From positions 1 through 64,000 of the IMG/VR virus record IMGVR_UViG_3300025141_000025: a stretch of DNA of 64,000 nucleotides. One strand, given 5' to 3'. How positions within the stretch are numbered: the first letter of the stretch is position 1; every line of letters starts with the position of its first letter. Positions 29,200 to 40,054 of this stretch are shown here, piece by piece. The translations under genes and the position numbers were made by a program. The stretch is from a virus. The notes below the pieces were generated by a model. It was not told the origin of the DNA, did not search any database, and was given only the letters and a program-made list of their open reading frames with translations.

Positions 29200-29895
29200 T
29201 TATTTTGTAATCGTTACCTGGAATTCTTTCCTAAGTCCCGATTGGTCGCCTACAACCGCAACAACCGATGTGATTGTTGTACCATCCCCATAAACATTAA
29301 ATGTAGTATCATCTAAGGCTTGCAATACTAGGGTAAATGATGCAAGTGCTCCATTTCCGTTTGTAGTATCGTAGCGCATGATATTATAACTGGCAATTCT
29401 AGAATTTGGTTCCACATTCAGTGTAGGCTCATTTTGAATTCTAAGAAATCTATCAGGGACAAATACTGAGAATGTTACGTCACTTGTTCCATTCGGTACC
29501 CGTGTTTCAGCATCGATTTTTTGTTCAACATTGACTTTATTCGATGTTACTGTGTTCCTGTTAAAGGAAACTGAATTGTTAGATAGGTTCGTTGTACCTT
29601 CAAGTGAAAGTGTCGGAAGCCTGATAATTGTTGGATCAGGTAATGTCAATAGGCGATGTTTTAGTGCCAAGTCACCCTTTGTTTGGGCCTCAAATACAGG
29701 TGTATTTTTCATGACTTTTTCCTTACCTACTGTTCTTCCAAACTTCTTGATGACAGAATAATCGACTTCATCATCGGCAAGTGAGAAAAAAGCTATCCTA
29801 AAACTTCCGTTATTGTCAGCCAGTTTTCGTCTACCTGTATCCGTAAGAACGGCATCAATTATAATGTTGTTTGTGCTATGATCTAAAAATCCCAT
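29200..29895 (-). CDS. Virion structural protein (baseplate/tail-collar-like N-terminal motif)
   Basis: MGFLD...DAVLTDTGRRKLA...FFSLADDEVDY. GGAG SD. Confidence 0.65.
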   Translation of the reverse strand: MGFLDHSTNNIIIDAVLTDTGRRKLADNNGSFRIAFFSLADDEVDYSVIKKFGRTVGKEKVMKNTPVFEAQTKGDLALKHRLLTLPDPTIIRLPTLSLEGTTNLSNNSVSFNRNTVTSNKVNVEQKIDAETRVPNGTSDVTFSVFVPDRFLRIQNEPTLNVEPNSRIASYNIMRYDTTNGNGALASFTLVLQALDDTTFNVYGDGTTITSVVAVVGDQSGLRKEFQVTITK

Positions 29896-29911
29896 AATAT
29901 ATCTCCATGTG

Positions 29912-29918
29912 TAAATAT
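29912..29918 (-). promoter_or_regulatory. Putative late promoter element ATATTTA
   Basis: Shared intergenic motif (TTGATATTTAC). Confidence 0.65.
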
Positions 29919-29975
29919 CAACAAATTGCGTGTCCTGTAAAATTGAGCCCCATTTAACTGCATCATTTATTAGAA

Positions 29976-31757
29976 TTAATTTTCATCAATCTTCAATTCA
30001 GCTGTCGTTGATTTTTGTAAATCTAGATTAATGATGTGCATCTTGTATTTTCCTTGTTGCGCAGATGTAACAAAGTTTTTATAAATAGAACCTACATTAT
30101 CATCACATATTCTCGCATCAGGGGTAAAATATACCTTTATAGAGTGCTTACCACTGTCAAAAATAGCATCTTGTGAAAAACTATCAACGGCTAAGTTTTC
30201 ATCCATATCAGGATCTATAAAAAAATTAGGATACTGCTTTGGTGCCCCTGGTCTCGAAATATTTTTTAGTTCAATTTCATTTTTTGTTATGTTAAATTTA
30301 ACGATCGTTTGGGCGGAATAACCCGATGTCAGGCCATGCGCGTCGACAGCACAAACAGCGTAAATCCATGGATCACTTTCTCTATTAAAGCCTGTATCTT
30401 CAAAAGATGTCACCATGCCGCGAAATTGCCTTACCAAACCCGAATCAATAGTTTCGGCCCGCAGGGTCTTGATGTCTGAATCGTCAAAGTCAAGCTCAGC
30501 AATGCACATAAAAGGATCATGTATCGATTTACGCTTAAAAATTTGAAAAAACTTTATATCTTGTGACCTTCCTACAGGTGCCTGCCATGAAAGTATCAAG
30601 CCCCTGCCTTTTCTATAGTTGAAACGAAACAACAATCCATCAGGGGTAGTAGGCGGTTCATGTTCAACCGTTTCCACAGTTGTTGCTACTGATGGTCTCG
30701 AAGCAATATAGGTTACTATTTTCATGCCAGAAGCAGTGCTATCCGTACCAGATGTATCTACAATTGCATCTATACGGTAAGTATTACGAACTGTGTATGA
30801 ATATTTTGTCCCATAGACAATGTTGTCATCAATATATTCCGTATTTTCCGTACCTTTAATAGGATAAGACTGCCAAGAAATAGGTAAACCATTTGGCGAA
30901 TATTGAGTTCTTTCAATGATATAGCCCACATGTCTCGCCCCTAACAACCTAGGTGTTTCTTTGGAATCTCTTATTTCTTCAGAACTGAATGCAGGGAGGT
31001 TCGGATAAATGTCACTTTGAGTAACACCTCTATTTGAACTCGCTATGTAAGCTTTGGAAATGGCAGTTGCGTTATTAGCTGAATACATTGCCGAAAGTGA
31101 TGATATATCTCCATATCCCGTAAGTGCCTTACCTGCTATTCTTTTGTTGACAAGCATATTGATATTGTTTTTTGCCCCAAAATCATAAAAATCTTTAGAG
31201 GCTGCATCGCTTTTAAAATTAACAAAAAGTTCACCTGGAAGAGGAGCGACTAACGGCTGTAATAGCGATTTTTCAACACCGGTTAATGTACTAATTTGCT
31301 CAGTTTGCTCGCTGTCAGCAATTGACAAACCTACAACATCACTAAGTGCTTCAAATTTCTCCCTAATACGATGTTTTACATCGGGATCAGACTCATGATA
31401 GGAGTAAAATGGACCTGTCGTGATTATCTCTTCATCAATTGCACTTGCGCCGTCCCATGTGGTGCCTTCTCTGCCGCCATCGGAGGTATTTTTTTCATCG
31501 CCCATGTTACCAAATTGCAAAATAGTCCCTGCCGAATAAGAAAGCTTTATGTATCGAGGAATTTGTTGGTTTAGCGAATTTCTATTAATCAACCGCTGTG
31601 TCTCTCCATCACCTATAGGACCTGGAATTCGCCTATCGCCTAGATCGTTGAGCCTTTCATCTGGAGTGAAAAAGTTATAAACAAACGTTGCGTTAATTTT
31701 AACGGGATCAGGTAGGTCTGCAACAGCAAATCTCCTGCTTGGTTTTGCCTGTGACAT
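29976..31757 (-). CDS. Large virion protein with fibronectin type III-like repeats
   Basis: GYIIER...YIDDNIVYGTKYSYTVR and LSWQAP...FQIFKR...YAVCAVDAHGLTS FN3-like patterns. Confidence 0.55.
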   Translation of the reverse strand: MSQAKPSRRFAVADLPDPVKINATFVYNFFTPDERLNDLGDRRIPGPIGDGETQRLINRNSLNQQIPRYIKLSYSAGTILQFGNMGDEKNTSDGGREGTTWDGASAIDEEIITTGPFYSYHESDPDVKHRIREKFEALSDVVGLSIADSEQTEQISTLTGVEKSLLQPLVAPLPGELFVNFKSDAASKDFYDFGAKNNINMLVNKRIAGKALTGYGDISSLSAMYSANNATAISKAYIASSNRGVTQSDIYPNLPAFSSEEIRDSKETPRLLGARHVGYIIERTQYSPNGLPISWQSYPIKGTENTEYIDDNIVYGTKYSYTVRNTYRIDAIVDTSGTDSTASGMKIVTYIASRPSVATTVETVEHEPPTTPDGLLFRFNYRKGRGLILSWQAPVGRSQDIKFFQIFKRKSIHDPFMCIAELDFDDSDIKTLRAETIDSGLVRQFRGMVTSFEDTGFNRESDPWIYAVCAVDAHGLTSGYSAQTIVKFNITKNEIELKNISRPGAPKQYPNFFIDPDMDENLAVDSFSQDAIFDSGKHSIKVYFTPDARICDDNVGSIYKNFVTSAQQGKYKMHIINLDLQKSTTAELKIDEN

Positions 31758-34700
31758 TATCGAATCCCCTCCACTATAATTGGTTCACCCACATCAGCAT
31801 AACATTCATATGTTCTAATTGAAACACTTGAAGGTGTTTTGTCAATATTTTTTTCATTGTCATCATTCATGACTTCGTGACCGCCGTCCATCACAACAAT
31901 GTCATCATCCTCTTCAACGGGCGCGAAGTCATCGGGTGTATAATACAAACACATTGTTTTGTCAAAATATCCGGGACTAAAAATAAAACTACTTAGCAAG
32001 CTTGAATTAAATAAAAGACTTGAAAATAAATCGGCGAACATGTCAGCAGCACCGAAGCTTAATGGTAGAAAATCAACGTGCTGTACCCATGCCTCTGCCC
32101 GAAGAGACACCCCGGTTAAACCCATCAGTTTCGTGGGCTTGTATTCTGTTCCGGTTCGTTTTCCTTTTGGTGGATCAAAAACTTTTGAGAAATCGAGGTT
32201 TTTTATTTTTGATACTTTTGCAAATAAATTGGCAAGATCTCGTGATCCTGGGTCTCTTTCATTGTAATTAAAATCAACTAAGTCATGCGCAAAAAAATTG
32301 CCTGCACAAATTATAGAAAACATTTTTTTACAAAGATGAGAATTTACTTCGTTTGTTAACATTTCCCTTGCCTTGTCAGGTGCAATGGCGGCTTTTATAA
32401 ACTGGTGCCCGAATAATCCATTTTTTAATTTAACAGCATCAACTATATTCTCAAACGTCATATCAGGCTGTAAGTTCTTAAAGCTATTTGAATCAATCAA
32501 CCTTTCCGCACTAAATGTTTTTGACAAATTTGATCTTGCTGAACTGGAAAATACATCATATGATTTTATTGTTACATCAATCGATGCATACTCAGGTGCT
32601 GTATCAAAGCCGTTTATGAGATGAAATTTTGGTAAAATAATTTCCCTGTAAAAATCAGCAGGTAGCCCAATAAATGAAAAAACAACGCTTTCTGATGTGA
32701 GGCTTGCAATTTTCGATATTAAAACCTGTATTGCATTCATTTCACCGGTGGTTATTTTGGCATTTCGATAAACAGGGCTATTTTTTGCTTCAAGAACACG
32801 TGCCATTCTTTCCTTGGCAATTGTAAGTGAAGAATCAGTAAAGCTAGGAATAAAATTTTCGCCTACTGCGGTTTTTACAAATGTCGTGAAATCAACAAGC
32901 TCGTCTCTTGGTGTTACTGATTTTCTTAATTCATTTCCAATAGTAATCAAGCTATTTTGTGAGTCACAGCAATATTTTATAAAGCCTGCATTACTAAGAA
33001 GCAGAGCGAATGGAATTTCACGCTCAAGGGCCAGGTCCGTAAAGATACGCTCAATCGTCCTATAAGTTACGTCATGTACAACAGGGTAACCACTCGAAAC
33101 CACGGTTTGATGGGTTGCGTCCGTTCCCAGTGCTGGAATATTATCGTTATCGTCGTAAGCAGAGGTAAAATCATTTGTCTCTGAACAGTTTATTAAGGTA
33201 TTTAATGCCGAATGTATATTCGTCCCTGGTTCACCGACCAGTTGCAAGTTGAGCCACATCCCGTTGAGTATGTTTGCGACTTCATCGGCCTTCGTTTGGC
33301 TGACGCCGCCGAGGAGGAAGCCGGAGGGGAATGGGTCTCCATATTTCCAGGCCATATCAACCATAGGAATCATTAGATCATGCAACACATCCGATTGGTC
33401 ACGGTCTCCACCGAGGGAGAGGCGGCCCCACCCATGGGTTACTGGGGAAAATTGAAACGCCAGTGCTGCTGCTGTTTCAAAAATCATTCCCATAAGTGTT
33501 CCTGCGTCTAAACCAGATGCTCTGGTGTATCGATTACCATTCAAAAAATTAGATTTCGATGGGCCTGATTTTGCTATTTCGCGAGCTTCTTCATGACATT
33601 CAATAAAAACATCGGCAAGCCTTTTGCATAGGGAAGCCGCGGCGGGAGAAGTCAGGAATTCCGTATATAAGTCCATTATATTGTCTAGACCGGCGCCGTG
33701 TTCGCCACCGGATGACCTCTGTAAAGTCCCTAGATTACCTTCCTTTCCCCACGGTACCGTCATCGTGTTACTTTGGTTGCCCATCCCCTTGGTAACGTGC
33801 TCCAGTCCAGCACAATAAGCCACCATCGCGATGGCAGGTAATTGGCCATTTTCAAAAAAATCAGCGTCATCGGTGCTAAATGCAATAGTATCTGATACTT
33901 CGACACCTTTTTCTTCATGGCCTTTTTTATCAGATGAGGATTTTATTACAAATGTGTCCTGTGGCCCACCATTCTTTTTTACTTTAACTGTCGTAGTCGT
34001 TTCATTTTGTACCCCCGCTACATAATCCGGAGAAGATCCCCACACATTTGAATCAGTCCCTGATAGTTCCTTGTACGCATGTGTACATGCTAGCTTAAAA
34101 AGCATCATTCTTGCCATGTTTGTGTGTGTTTGATGATCATCATTTTCAAAGTGTTCACCGACCTTGGCAAACATTGCCAATTCCTGCAATGCAAAATGTC
34201 CCGAAGCACTGATATTGGTCATGGAGTGGCCTAGTTTTCCAATTGATTCATTAACTTCCTTTAGTATTCTAGTGAAAAGTTTTTTAGGTGTCAAAATTTT
34301 CAGATCATTATCACGATTGTGAAGTTGTTGAAAAAATTCTAAACCTTCTGCAATTTTACTGCTTGCGTTTTGTAAAGATTCATCGTAGTTTGACATTCTA
34401 TTTTTCAACGGGCCTCGGGCTACGGCTTTTGCAAAATAATCTGTTGCGCTCCAAACACCTTTGTTTTTTGCATTACTGGGGATCGGGATCGTATTTCCAT
34501 CGAATATTTTTATTTTTGACCCTTTCGATTGATAGGAAGTTGGATTGCCGCCTGAATCGACTATAAAGATGCTGGACAGGCTTTGGCCGGTGTTGCCAGC
34601 ATGGTCATGATGGTTACCCGGTGAACCCGTGAAAGTTTCCATTACATGTGCCAAAGTGTTGTTTCCGGCAACACCATACTGCTTACCTAATTCTGTGTTA

Positions 34701-35854
34701 TCCAGGCGACCCATGCCGGCTGATATCAACATTTCATTAACAAACTGTGTGACCAACATTTTTGAACGTTTTAAAGGTAGCTTTTCTTTCATGTGAAAAA
34801 ATGGAGCGCATTTTGGAATAAACCCAAACGACAAGATCCTGAGTAGTGCCGAGGAGGAGGTGGCGCTGGGGCCTACTCTTACTGTTACAACGCCGGTGCG
34901 ATCATACGGCCCCCCTCTTGTAACAATATCTTTTCCTGTATGCTCATTACTGGGGGTGGTCTTATACGTTGTTTGGGCAGCAATATAAGAACTTTTCTTT
35001 TTTGTTCCTTTTTGCTGCCCAGCATGAAATAATTTTTTCTTCATTTCAGGGGTTAAATCATAAGAATATCCACGTGTCATATATTCATGAAATGACCTAA
35101 GGTTCATGCCGAGTATTGCTGTGTTCGTCTTTCCCTTTATGTATTCTTCATCCTCGGGGTGGGCTGGGCTGGCACAGATATTTTTGCACATTGTGACGTG
35201 ATCAGTTATGTATGAACCGCCATTTAAATTAAATAAAAACTCATCAAGTCCTCCATACTCTTCCGCAATTTCCCTAGCGTTGAGTGCAATTTGATTAGCG
35301 CCGGTGCCGGGAACAAGGTTTTTGTCAAAATGCCTAACTTCCCTAAGAATAGTATCAAGGGCATTCAGTGTATTTTTAGCAGATACAACATTGTTTTCAA
35401 TTGCCTCTTCAGCAGCCATGACTGCATCAGGGTCTTCTGCTTTTAGCTTTTCAATCAAACTGTTGGAGTATGCTGTTGACACTGCATCTTCAACAACGCA
35501 TGTTTTTAAAATGCTAAGAATAGGAGAATTATGTCCCCCAGAATTGTAAAAATCTAAAGTTCTCGATGTCACCACTGCCAGGGGTTCAGGTCTGTCATTT
35601 ATAAGCCCGACTTTTTCAGCAGGTGTTGAAGATGAATCTTCATTACCACCTTTGTTGCTTTTAGGATTAGGTTCTATGACCTCTATTACATCATCCTCAG
35701 TTTCTCGCGCTTCTTCCTTTGTATTTTTAGTAGGGGATTTATTTACAATTGGTTTTTGATCACGCTTATCAAAAGATTTTTCTTTTGTGGTTGTTTCACC
35801 TGCTTTGTGTTGTGCCTGTGATCCGACATTGGCCTGTATATCTCTTAATGCCAT
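31757..35854 (-). CDS. Large hypothetical protein (1365 aa), probably virion-associated
   Basis: Long uninterrupted ORF in the tail module. No recognised domain. Confidence 0.75.
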   Translation of the reverse strand: MALRDIQANVGSQAQHKAGETTTKEKSFDKRDQKPIVNKSPTKNTKEEARETEDDVIEVIEPNPKSNKGGNEDSSSTPAEKVGLINDRPEPLAVVTSRTLDFYNSGGHNSPILSILKTCVVEDAVSTAYSNSLIEKLKAEDPDAVMAAEEAIENNVVSAKNTLNALDTILREVRHFDKNLVPGTGANQIALNAREIAEEYGGLDEFLFNLNGGSYITDHVTMCKNICASPAHPEDEEYIKGKTNTAILGMNLRSFHEYMTRGYSYDLTPEMKKKLFHAGQQKGTKKKSSYIAAQTTYKTTPSNEHTGKDIVTRGGPYDRTGVVTVRVGPSATSSSALLRILSFGFIPKCAPFFHMKEKLPLKRSKMLVTQFVNEMLISAGMGRLDNTELGKQYGVAGNNTLAHVMETFTGSPGNHHDHAGNTGQSLSSIFIVDSGGNPTSYQSKGSKIKIFDGNTIPIPSNAKNKGVWSATDYFAKAVARGPLKNRMSNYDESLQNASSKIAEGLEFFQQLHNRDNDLKILTPKKLFTRILKEVNESIGKLGHSMTNISASGHFALQELAMFAKVGEHFENDDHQTHTNMARMMLFKLACTHAYKELSGTDSNVWGSSPDYVAGVQNETTTTVKVKKNGGPQDTFVIKSSSDKKGHEEKGVEVSDTIAFSTDDADFFENGQLPAIAMVAYCAGLEHVTKGMGNQSNTMTVPWGKEGNLGTLQRSSGGEHGAGLDNIMDLYTEFLTSPAAASLCKRLADVFIECHEEAREIAKSGPSKSNFLNGNRYTRASGLDAGTLMGMIFETAAALAFQFSPVTHGWGRLSLGGDRDQSDVLHDLMIPMVDMAWKYGDPFPSGFLLGGVSQTKADEVANILNGMWLNLQLVGEPGTNIHSALNTLINCSETNDFTSAYDDNDNIPALGTDATHQTVVSSGYPVVHDVTYRTIERIFTDLALEREIPFALLLSNAGFIKYCCDSQNSLITIGNELRKSVTPRDELVDFTTFVKTAVGENFIPSFTDSSLTIAKERMARVLEAKNSPVYRNAKITTGEMNAIQVLISKIASLTSESVVFSFIGLPADFYREIILPKFHLINGFDTAPEYASIDVTIKSYDVFSSSARSNLSKTFSAERLIDSNSFKNLQPDMTFENIVDAVKLKNGLFGHQFIKAAIAPDKAREMLTNEVNSHLCKKMFSIICAGNFFAHDLVDFNYNERDPGSRDLANLFAKVSKIKNLDFSKVFDPPKGKRTGTEYKPTKLMGLTGVSLRAEAWVQHVDFLPLSFGAADMFADLFSSLLFNSSLLSSFIFSPGYFDKTMCLYYTPDDFAPVEEDDDIVVMDGGHEVMNDDNEKNIDKTPSSVSIRTYECYADVGEPIIVEGIR

Positions 35855-35864
35855 AATTTAATTC

Positions 35865-38800
35865 CTAAAATATGCTCTTGAATCCAAACGCCGAGCCAAG
35901 GCCCGGATTACTATTGTTCGCTGCACTGTTATCGGCTTCATAATCTGTGTAATTTTCATTCACGTCCATTTGTAAACCTGCATTTTGTGCTGCAGGTGCA
36001 TTTGCTGCCTGCGCTGTGGGCTGAACTGAATCCGTGAAGGCATTTGCAGCTGCACTTACATTTACATTATTTCCAATATTATTAAAGGCGGAACCTGCCG
36101 TCACTGATACATTCGTATATGGTGATGACAATACATCACCTCCAAAATTTGGTAAATTCACTTTAGTTGCCTCGTTACCAGGCCCAAATAATGCTGATCC
36201 AATATTTTGTAATCCACTAACTAAGGAGTGGTCAATGTTAGCGTAATCAAATACGGTAGGATTAATTTGAGGTGTCGGTTTACTAAGGTGGTTCTCGAGA
36301 TGTTGTGACAGCGCGCTCAGTGCGTCACCTGTTCCATCGCCACCATCATGCTCTTTTGGTGGCATGATTTTTTTATGTTGCCCGCGGGCGGGAGCAACAG
36401 GAATAATTTTGCTTTTTTTACCAAAAGAACCAAAAATTGCACCTACAATCATATTTTCAGGAATAGAAAATGTTTTTTGCTGGGAAGCAGTTGGTGAAGG
36501 CCCTAATTTTTCATCTGAATAGGTCACAGGTGTCACAAAATAAGATTTTGTTCCAACATCCCGATGGTACCTGGTATCCTTAAACGTGTATGAATTTATG
36601 GATTTGGCTGCTGACACAGATCCTAGTAGATTTTTTTCTCCTTCAAAAGTACAATACACTAAAAAATAAGAAATGTCTGCAGTGTCGCCTGTCATTGACC
36701 ACTTTAGCATATTAAAATTAACATCTTCAATTATATCAAAGGCACCAACTTTTCCTATGCTTTTTGGTATTTGTGCATTCAATACAAATTCAAAACCTAA
36801 TTGAGATTCTGAAATTATTTGTTCCATTGAAACGCCATTCTTGATGTCTGACTCAGAAGGAAGAACGCCCATTCTGTCGTATATAAAACGACTAAACCTG
36901 GCCGCCTTTTTTTGGATTTCCTTTCCGAATTTATTAATCAAGCCTACGTTAGTGGTTTGTAAAAACGTCGCCGGATCTTGTAGGCAAACCTTAAAAATAT
37001 AAGAATATTTTTTTCCAGGTTCCAACGGTGAAACGCCCGCCAATTTTTGCGTTTCAGCATTGTCTGAAAAATCTGTTGTGGGATGTATACCAAACGTCTC
37101 TTTTCTTCCTGTTGTGACATCAAACCTTTCAATCAAAAATAAAACAAACTGCCGAGCTTTAATGTCGTCTTTTTGAAGTTCAGCAACAAATTGATCAGAG
37201 ATTCCTGCATCTTGCAGCGCTTTCTTTACAGTGTTGAATAAATTATCCACCTCGGCGGCATTTATTTTGAAGTTAACACTAATCCCATTTTGACCTTGAA
37301 CTGTCTGCGGCTGATCTATGGACAAAAGAACTGGAAGTTTTTGTGCCGCTGGTTTACGACAAACGATTATTTCATCTTCATCTGACATTATCTCTTGTGA
37401 CATTGCGGGTATCTGCAGTCTTGTTCCTGCTCGATACGCACAAAAATATCGATATTTTCTGCCATGAATGGCATTTAAATCCATAAAATGCACAGTACGC
37501 TTTCCATTACCCACGATGACCAACGGTTGTTGACCCTTTTGTGGTGGAACTTCGACCACTGTGTCAGAAAATTCTCCAAATTTTCCTATTTCTTGACGCA
37601 AAAGCCTCAAAGACAAAGTTTTGTCATTTAACGATTTCACGGTAATTTTTATTGCGCCACCTGAGTTTGATGCCAGTATACTGATCGGAATTGCCGTTGA
37701 TGAAAGTGGATCGCTAACTTTTTTAAAGCTTGGCAGGACAACTGAGGTGAACTCGCCCAAACTTTCATCAAAATTAACAACAGCAACCCTATAGATAAAT
37801 TGATTAGGTTTTACATTAGAAATAACATCATCAAAATTTATCACACCCTCACTATTAAATGAGTGTGTTCCCATATCTTTTATTTCATCTTTTTTCAGCG
37901 CTGGATTTTTTCTAATTCTTAGAATATGACATGCGACAAGTGTAGGGTCATCTTTTAAAATTCTAATTTTAACCCTGCGATAATTGACATATACCACAGA
38001 AACATTTGGAGGTTCCGGATTTAGAAGCCAGTTGGCAAGTGATTCTTGGTGTTCAATAGTTACTTTTTTTCTTTTAGTGCTAAGACTAAATTCACTTTCA
38101 GCACCTTTCACATTTCTATTATTTTTTATAAGAGCCGCTATCTGCACATAAATTTTTTGATACCCGTACACCTGCGCCTTGGAAAGAAAAAAATCCTGTG
38201 ACATCAATCTTTTTGTTGGCACTAAGCTAATGGCTGTGGCACCTGATTTTGTATTTCCGATAGAATTTGTGTCATCTTGTCGGGTAATTAAATTGTCTTG
38301 ACTCCCCTGTCTTTTGTTTCGTAAATCATATCTTAGATTTTTTATGCTGATTCCTGATTGGGGAGACGCAGTGGCTACCCGAGGTGGTAAACCATACTCA
38401 CCTTGTAAGCCTGCATCACTATAGGCGCTAAGTGACATTGCTGTTGCCAAACCTATTGTTGCATAATTTCCTTTGGAGGCTAGCTCCGCAGGATCCCTGT
38501 TGTTTATCCATGCTGTGTTTGAAACAGTCTCAAATCCTGGCTGGGGAGGTGCGTTTTCGGTATTCGGTACAGACATCTCGTCAGGAAGTGCTTTTCTTCC
38601 TCCTTGAGTAGACATTAATACACGTTTTTCACCCCCAGCAAATCCGGTAAGTGAAACGAATCCACCACGTTTAGGAAGTTTTGTAATTTTTTTATTAACT
38701 AAATCGTGACTAGGAAAAATTATTGTTGCTGTTTCAATTGCATCATTTTCAAAAAGGTTATTTGTATCAGGATCATCCAAAAAAAATAAAAACCTAACAC

Positions 38801-39017
38801 CAGCCACACCCTGGAGTTCTGCCATCCTTTGATTTACAACAAATTCAGAATTATAAACATAGTTACCCTGACTTTTTAAAGCAGCGGCTACCACACCTTT
38901 TTCTTCTGTCTCATTTATTATATCTTTTAGGCCAAAAGCAGGCTGACCTATTGCAAATTCAAAAAATGAACCAAGAGAAACATCACGTTTTTTTACTTTT
39001 ACTGAAGATATGCCCAT
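35865..39017 (-). CDS. Large hypothetical virion protein (1050 aa) with FN3/Ig-like segments
   Basis: Beta-sandwich-like motifs (IYRVAVVN, KYRYFCAY, KYSYIFKV, LKWSM...SYFVTPV). Low-complexity Asn/Ala C-terminus. Confidence 0.7.
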   Translation of the reverse strand: MGISSVKVKKRDVSLGSFFEFAIGQPAFGLKDIINETEEKGVVAAALKSQGNYVYNSEFVVNQRMAELQGVAGVRFLFFLDDPDTNNLFENDAIETATIIFPSHDLVNKKITKLPKRGGFVSLTGFAGGEKRVLMSTQGGRKALPDEMSVPNTENAPPQPGFETVSNTAWINNRDPAELASKGNYATIGLATAMSLSAYSDAGLQGEYGLPPRVATASPQSGISIKNLRYDLRNKRQGSQDNLITRQDDTNSIGNTKSGATAISLVPTKRLMSQDFFLSKAQVYGYQKIYVQIAALIKNNRNVKGAESEFSLSTKRKKVTIEHQESLANWLLNPEPPNVSVVYVNYRRVKIRILKDDPTLVACHILRIRKNPALKKDEIKDMGTHSFNSEGVINFDDVISNVKPNQFIYRVAVVNFDESLGEFTSVVLPSFKKVSDPLSSTAIPISILASNSGGAIKITVKSLNDKTLSLRLLRQEIGKFGEFSDTVVEVPPQKGQQPLVIVGNGKRTVHFMDLNAIHGRKYRYFCAYRAGTRLQIPAMSQEIMSDEDEIIVCRKPAAQKLPVLLSIDQPQTVQGQNGISVNFKINAAEVDNLFNTVKKALQDAGISDQFVAELQKDDIKARQFVLFLIERFDVTTGRKETFGIHPTTDFSDNAETQKLAGVSPLEPGKKYSYIFKVCLQDPATFLQTTNVGLINKFGKEIQKKAARFSRFIYDRMGVLPSESDIKNGVSMEQIISESQLGFEFVLNAQIPKSIGKVGAFDIIEDVNFNMLKWSMTGDTADISYFLVYCTFEGEKNLLGSVSAAKSINSYTFKDTRYHRDVGTKSYFVTPVTYSDEKLGPSPTASQQKTFSIPENMIVGAIFGSFGKKSKIIPVAPARGQHKKIMPPKEHDGGDGTGDALSALSQHLENHLSKPTPQINPTVFDYANIDHSLVSGLQNIGSALFGPGNEATKVNLPNFGGDVLSSPYTNVSVTAGSAFNNIGNNVNVSAAANAFTDSVQPTAQAANAPAAQNAGLQMDVNENYTDYEADNSAANNSNPGLGSAFGFKSIF

Positions 39018-39027
39018 GTTAATACCC

Positions 39028-39987
39028 CTAATCCATTACGACAGTAAAAACATTGCAAAACGTCTCAGCACCAAATTTATCACGCAATATTTTACCTATA
39101 AAAAACACTCTAATTCCTGGACTTAATGGATCATCATCTATAAATTCTCCAAAATCTATAATTGATAGTTTATCAATGCCGGAAACATCTTGTTCAAAAA
39201 ATTGCACCACTAAATTATTCGACCTGGATGTTTTGCTAAAAGTAAATTCGCGATGTTGTTTGCCTTTTAGCGATGCTAAAATACCGTCTAGGGTGATAAT
39301 TTCTTTTTCATTTAATTTTGGATAATTTCCAATTTTATTCCCAATATCAGTACCGGGAATTGGCTTATTTACCGGAGGTAAATATTTGAAATTTGGAAAA
39401 TGCGAAAAACGCCTATCATTAAAAATGCTTGGTATTTCATCTAAAAACACTTTTCCTGTGCTGTCCGCACGGAAAAAATCTTTAAAGTTCTCGGTCGCTG
39501 TAAATGTACCTGTCACAGGAGATATAACAACCTCCTGATAAAGCGAAAACTCGTCTGTCGTTCCAATGATTCTTTGGTCAGTGAAATTTGTTGTTATCCC
39601 TTCTAGCATTGCCTCCATGGCGGGGCCTATATCACTTCCTGACAGGACGTTTGGTCTGTCGCTCATTCCTTCTGTAAAAGTGCCTGAAGCGATTGTGCCA
39701 CCCATGATCTCAAAATCAGATGTCCTAAACGGTCGTAGAGAATACCCTGCCTCCAACTCAGGTACTATTACATCCTGGTACCTGTTGTATGTCTCAAAAT
39801 ATATTTTGCTTGAGGCATCATCAGCTAAGCTGGGATTTAATAGACTTCCCGACGTCGTATAATTTGCATGCAAATCCGTGAAGGAGGCGAATCGGATTCT
39901 CATTTCTCCGGTGCCTGCTTGACGTTTTCCTTCCTGCGTAACTGTAAAATCCATTACGCGTTCTTTATTGTCTAATATTCCTGCCAT
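39028..39987 (-). CDS. Virion structural protein; N-terminus paralogous to 29200..29895
   Basis: MAGILDNKERVMDFTVTQEGKRQAG...IRFASFTD versus MGFLD...IDAVLTDTGRRKLA...IAFFSLAD. Confidence 0.65.
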   Translation of the reverse strand: MAGILDNKERVMDFTVTQEGKRQAGTGEMRIRFASFTDLHANYTTSGSLLNPSLADDASSKIYFETYNRYQDVIVPELEAGYSLRPFRTSDFEIMGGTIASGTFTEGMSDRPNVLSGSDIGPAMEAMLEGITTNFTDQRIIGTTDEFSLYQEVVISPVTGTFTATENFKDFFRADSTGKVFLDEIPSIFNDRRFSHFPNFKYLPPVNKPIPGTDIGNKIGNYPKLNEKEIITLDGILASLKGKQHREFTFSKTSRSNNLVVQFFEQDVSGIDKLSIIDFGEFIDDDPLSPGIRVFFIGKILRDKFGAETFCNVFTVVMD

Positions 39988-39993
39988 CTTTAC

Positions 39994-40000
39994 TAAATAT
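39994..40000 (-). promoter_or_regulatory. Putative late promoter element ATATTTA, 6 nt before the ATG at 39987
   Basis: Shared motif (TTGATATTTAG). Confidence 0.6.
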
Positions 40001-40041
40001 CAACATAGTTCGGTTCAAAAAATGTGTGATGTTATAAATTG

Positions 40042-40053
40042 CCCGCCGGCGGG
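40042..40053. repeat. Perfect 12-bp GC palindrome CCCGCCGGCGGG right after the beta-helix gene stop (weak terminator or processing hairpin)
   Basis: All-GC inverted repeat in an AT-rich gap, without a clear U tract. Confidence 0.4.
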
Positions 40054-40054
40054 A

